Origin: an uncultured Gemmatimonadales bacterium
GTDB taxonomy: Bacteria > Gemmatimonadota > Gemmatimonadetes > Longimicrobiales > RSA9
Reading direction: 5' to 3'
Length of the DNA stretch: 64,000 nucleotides
NCBI GenBank assembly: GCA_963816355.1
Contig: CAWFKH010000003.1
Location: forward strand, 352,001-416,000
Of the stretch, positions 61,639-64,000 are shown one piece after another (within the stretch, counting starts at the first letter, position 1; each line of letters starts with the position of its first letter). Under the pieces are notes generated by a model. It searched no databases, was not told where the DNA came from, and was given only the letters and a program-made list of their open reading frames with translations. A program made the position numbers and the translations under genes.

Positions 61639-62633
61639 AGCGGCTCGGCGTCGTCGGCACGCTGGTGTGGGACCGCATCCACGCCCGCGACGCGCGCGCC
61701 ACCCCGGTCGAGGAGTGGGGCGGGATCGCCTACGCGCTGGCGGCGGCGAGCGCGGCGCTGCCGGCGGATTGGAGCGTCGTCCCGCTGGTCCAGGTGGGGC
61801 GCGACATGGGGGAGCGCGCGCACGAGTTCCTCCGCGCGCAGCCCGGGCTCGTGATCGGTCGGGGCGTACGCGTCGTGGACGAGCCGAACAATCGCGTGGA
61901 GCTGCGCTACCAGGACCGCGAGCGGCGCTGCGAGCGGCTGAGCGGCGGCGTGCCGCCGTGGCGGTGGGAGGACCTGGCACCGCTCCTGGAAGGCCTCGAT
62001 GCGCTCTACGTCAACTTCATCTCCGGCTTCGAGATGGAGCTCGAGACGGCGATACGGCTGCGGCTCGGCTTCCGCGGCCCGATCTACGCCGACATCCACT
62101 CGCTGCTGCTCGGCGTCGGCGGCGACGGCACGCGCGTGCCGAGGCCGCTGGAGCGCTGGCGGGAGTGGCTGCGCTGCTTCGACATCGTGCAGATGAACGA
62201 GGACGAGCTCGCGCTGCTCGCCGGGGCGTGGGGCGGCGATCCGTGGCGCTTCGCGGCGGAGGTCGTGGGATCGGAGCCGCGCGCGCTCCTCGTCACGTTG
62301 AGCGAGCGCGGCTCCGCCTACGTCGCGTCCTCCGCCTTCCGCCCCGATCCGCTCGCCTGGCACCCCGGCGGGCTCGCCGCGGCGCCCCTCGCCGCGGCCG
62401 CCGGCCCGGTGCGTAGCGAGCGCGTGCCGGTGCCCGTGGCGCTGCTGGACGTCGCCGATCCGGACCCGACCGGCTGCGGCGACGTGTGGGGCGCGACCTG
62501 CTGCCTCCGGCTTCTCGCCGGCGACGCGCTCGAGGAGGCGATGCTGGCCGCGAACGCGGCGGCCGCCCGCAACGTGCGCCACCGCGGTGCGACCGGCCTG
62601 GACCTCCACCTGAGGGGACGGATCCACACGTGA
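61635..62633 (+). CDS. PfkB/ribokinase-family kinase
   Basis: WGG, QMNEDE, VTLSERG, DPTGCGDVWGA. Confidence 0.85.
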   Translation: MKRLGVVGTLVWDRIHARDARATPVEEWGGIAYALAAASAALPADWSVVPLVQVGRDMGERAHEFLRAQPGLVIGRGVRVVDEPNNRVELRYQDRERRCERLSGGVPPWRWEDLAPLLEGLDALYVNFISGFEMELETAIRLRLGFRGPIYADIHSLLLGVGGDGTRVPRPLERWREWLRCFDIVQMNEDELALLAGAWGGDPWRFAAEVVGSEPRALLVTLSERGSAYVASSAFRPDPLAWHPGGLAAAPLAAAAGPVRSERVPVPVALLDVADPDPTGCGDVWGATCCLRLLAGDALEEAMLAANAAAARNVRHRGATGLDLHLRGRIHT

Positions 62634-63556
62634 AGGTGATCACGGTTCCCGCGACGCTCGAGGAGCGCTCCGCCGAGAGCGTGTTCCAGCAGCTGGCGGA
62701 GCTCGGCGATGCGCGCGCGCTGATCGACGCGAGAGCAATGCGCTGGTGCGATCCGTTCGGGATGCTGACGCTCCTCGCGGCCGGTGAAGTGGCGGGGCGC
62801 GGCCGGGAACGGCCGCTGCTCCGCGTCCCCGAGTCCGCCGAGGTGACCGGCTACCTGGCGCGCATGGAGTTCTTCACCCACGCCGGCGCGACCTACGAGC
62901 TGGACCGCGCGCCGCGGCGCGGGCGCGACTCCGTCTCCGACGTGCTGCTCGAGATCACCGCCGTCCGCTCCCACGACGATGTCCACGCCGTGGTCGATCG
63001 CGTCCAGGACCGCGCGGGCGCGATCCTCACCCGCCAGCTCCGCTATCCGATGGCGGCGGCGGTCCAGTTCAGCGTCGTGCTCTCGGAGGTGTGCCAGAAC
63101 ATCATCGAGCACGCGCAGTCGCACGGCTGGGTGGCGACGCAGACGTACGCGCGGACGCCGCGCCTGGACCGCCGCGTCGTCCGCATCGCCGTCTTCGACC
63201 TCGGTGTCGGGTTCCGCGGCTCGCTCGCCCCGGAGCACGCCGCCCGCTTCGCCGACCGGTGGAGCGACGCCACGGCGCTGGAAGCGGCGTTCATCCACGG
63301 GCTCACCCGCTTCCACGATCCCGGCCGCGGCCAGGGGCTGCAGCAGATCCGCAAGGCAGTCGGCCGGTGGGGCGGCCGGATGGCGATCCGCAGCGGGACG
63401 GCCCGCATCGCCGACGTGCCGCCGTGGGACGACGCGGTGCCGATGGAGGAGCATCTCGCGCCCTTCCCCGGCGCCCAGATCGCGATCGACCTGCCGGCCG
63501 CCGAGCCGGCCGCGGGCGGTGCCGACCGGCCGACGAAGGCGGAGGGCGCCGCATGA
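62630..63556 (+). CDS. STAS-like N-domain + GHKL (HATPase) kinase-like protein
   Basis: LIDA..WCDPFG..YLARM; SEVCQNIIEHA (N box), DLGVG, GRGQGL, ISGT-like RSGT, GAQI; no HisKA H-box. Confidence 0.8.
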   Translation: MKVITVPATLEERSAESVFQQLAELGDARALIDARAMRWCDPFGMLTLLAAGEVAGRGRERPLLRVPESAEVTGYLARMEFFTHAGATYELDRAPRRGRDSVSDVLLEITAVRSHDDVHAVVDRVQDRAGAILTRQLRYPMAAAVQFSVVLSEVCQNIIEHAQSHGWVATQTYARTPRLDRRVVRIAVFDLGVGFRGSLAPEHAARFADRWSDATALEAAFIHGLTRFHDPGRGQGLQQIRKAVGRWGGRMAIRSGTARIADVPPWDDAVPMEEHLAPFPGAQIAIDLPAAEPAAGGADRPTKAEGAA

Positions 63557-64000
63557 GGGAGCCCGGCGACGTCGTCCCGCTGCGCATCGACCTCTCGGCG
63601 ATGGTGAAGCGCTCCGTCGCGACGCTCTACTCGAACCTCGTCACGCGCCCGACCGGACAGGCGCTACGCCTCGGCATCGAGACGCAGATCCGCGAGGCGG
63701 GCACGCCCTGCCTCTCCGTTCTCGACTTCCGCCAGGTGCTCGTGATGGACTACAGCTGCGCCGACGAGGCGGTCGCGAAGCTGCTGCTGCGTTACCTGCG
63801 GGCGGATTCGGGGCTCGACGCGTACTTCGTGGCTCGCGGGGTGGCGGAGCGGCACCTCGAGACGATCGAGGCGGTGTTGGGGCGGCACGGACTCGCGCTG
63901 GTGGCGGACATCGACGGCGTGGGGCTCGCGCTCCTCGGTCCGCTCTCCGACCTCGAGCGCAGGGCGTGGCAGGCGATCGAGCGCGCGCGCAGCTGCGACG
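63553..64000 (+). CDS. STAS-like (DUF4325-like) protein, 3'-truncated by the window edge
   Basis: ATGA overlap; read by hand: MREPGD..TRPTGQALR..VLDFRQVLVMDYSCADEAVAKL; absent from the ORF track because there is no stop in the window. Confidence 0.7.
   Translation, partial: MREPGDVVPLRIDLSAMVKRSVATLYSNLVTRPTGQALRLGIETQIREAGTPCLSVLDFRQVLVMDYSCADEAVAKLLLRYLRADSGLDAYFVARGVAERHLETIEAVLGRHGLALVADIDGVGLALLGPLSDLERRAWQAIERARSCD

Overview
64 kb of very GC-rich, gene-dense bacterial chromosome. Gene content and order suggest a Gemmatimonadota-like diderm (inference). About 58 CDS are supportable, and most long ORFs in the supplied track are antisense or alternate-frame shadows. I saw no rRNA, tRNA, CRISPR array, transposase, integrase or prophage. 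Main blocks: (i) a minus-strand Mo/W-cofactor operon (OMP, BON, tupABC, fdhD, mobA, moeA, ETF-QO); (ii) envelope and peptidoglycan genes (SH3 protein, Ig/IPT metallopeptidase lipoprotein, NlpC/P60, DacB-LysM, MltD); (iii) an ANTAR regulator and REC-HisKA_2 kinase, glnA, Fur/PerR, DksA, acs; (iv) egtD divergent from a betaine-type ABC importer; (v) a four-gene module of porin, membrane-FMN-binding fusion, His-bearing membrane protein and ApbE behind a Fur-like operator; (vi) guaB with a structured leader, then an aeRF1-like protein; (vii) a long minus-strand operon DUF58-BatA-mfd-2xPPIase-pdxA-ftsEX-envC-holB-moaC; (viii) lepA-GT9-ROK-PfkB followed by a GHKL kinase/STAS-like pair. The best candidates for an undescribed system are the flavinylation/porin module (31981-36320), the switch-like guaB leader RNA (36811-36926) and the kinase/STAS pair (62630-64000). 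All family calls come from motif recognition by eye; no database search was run.
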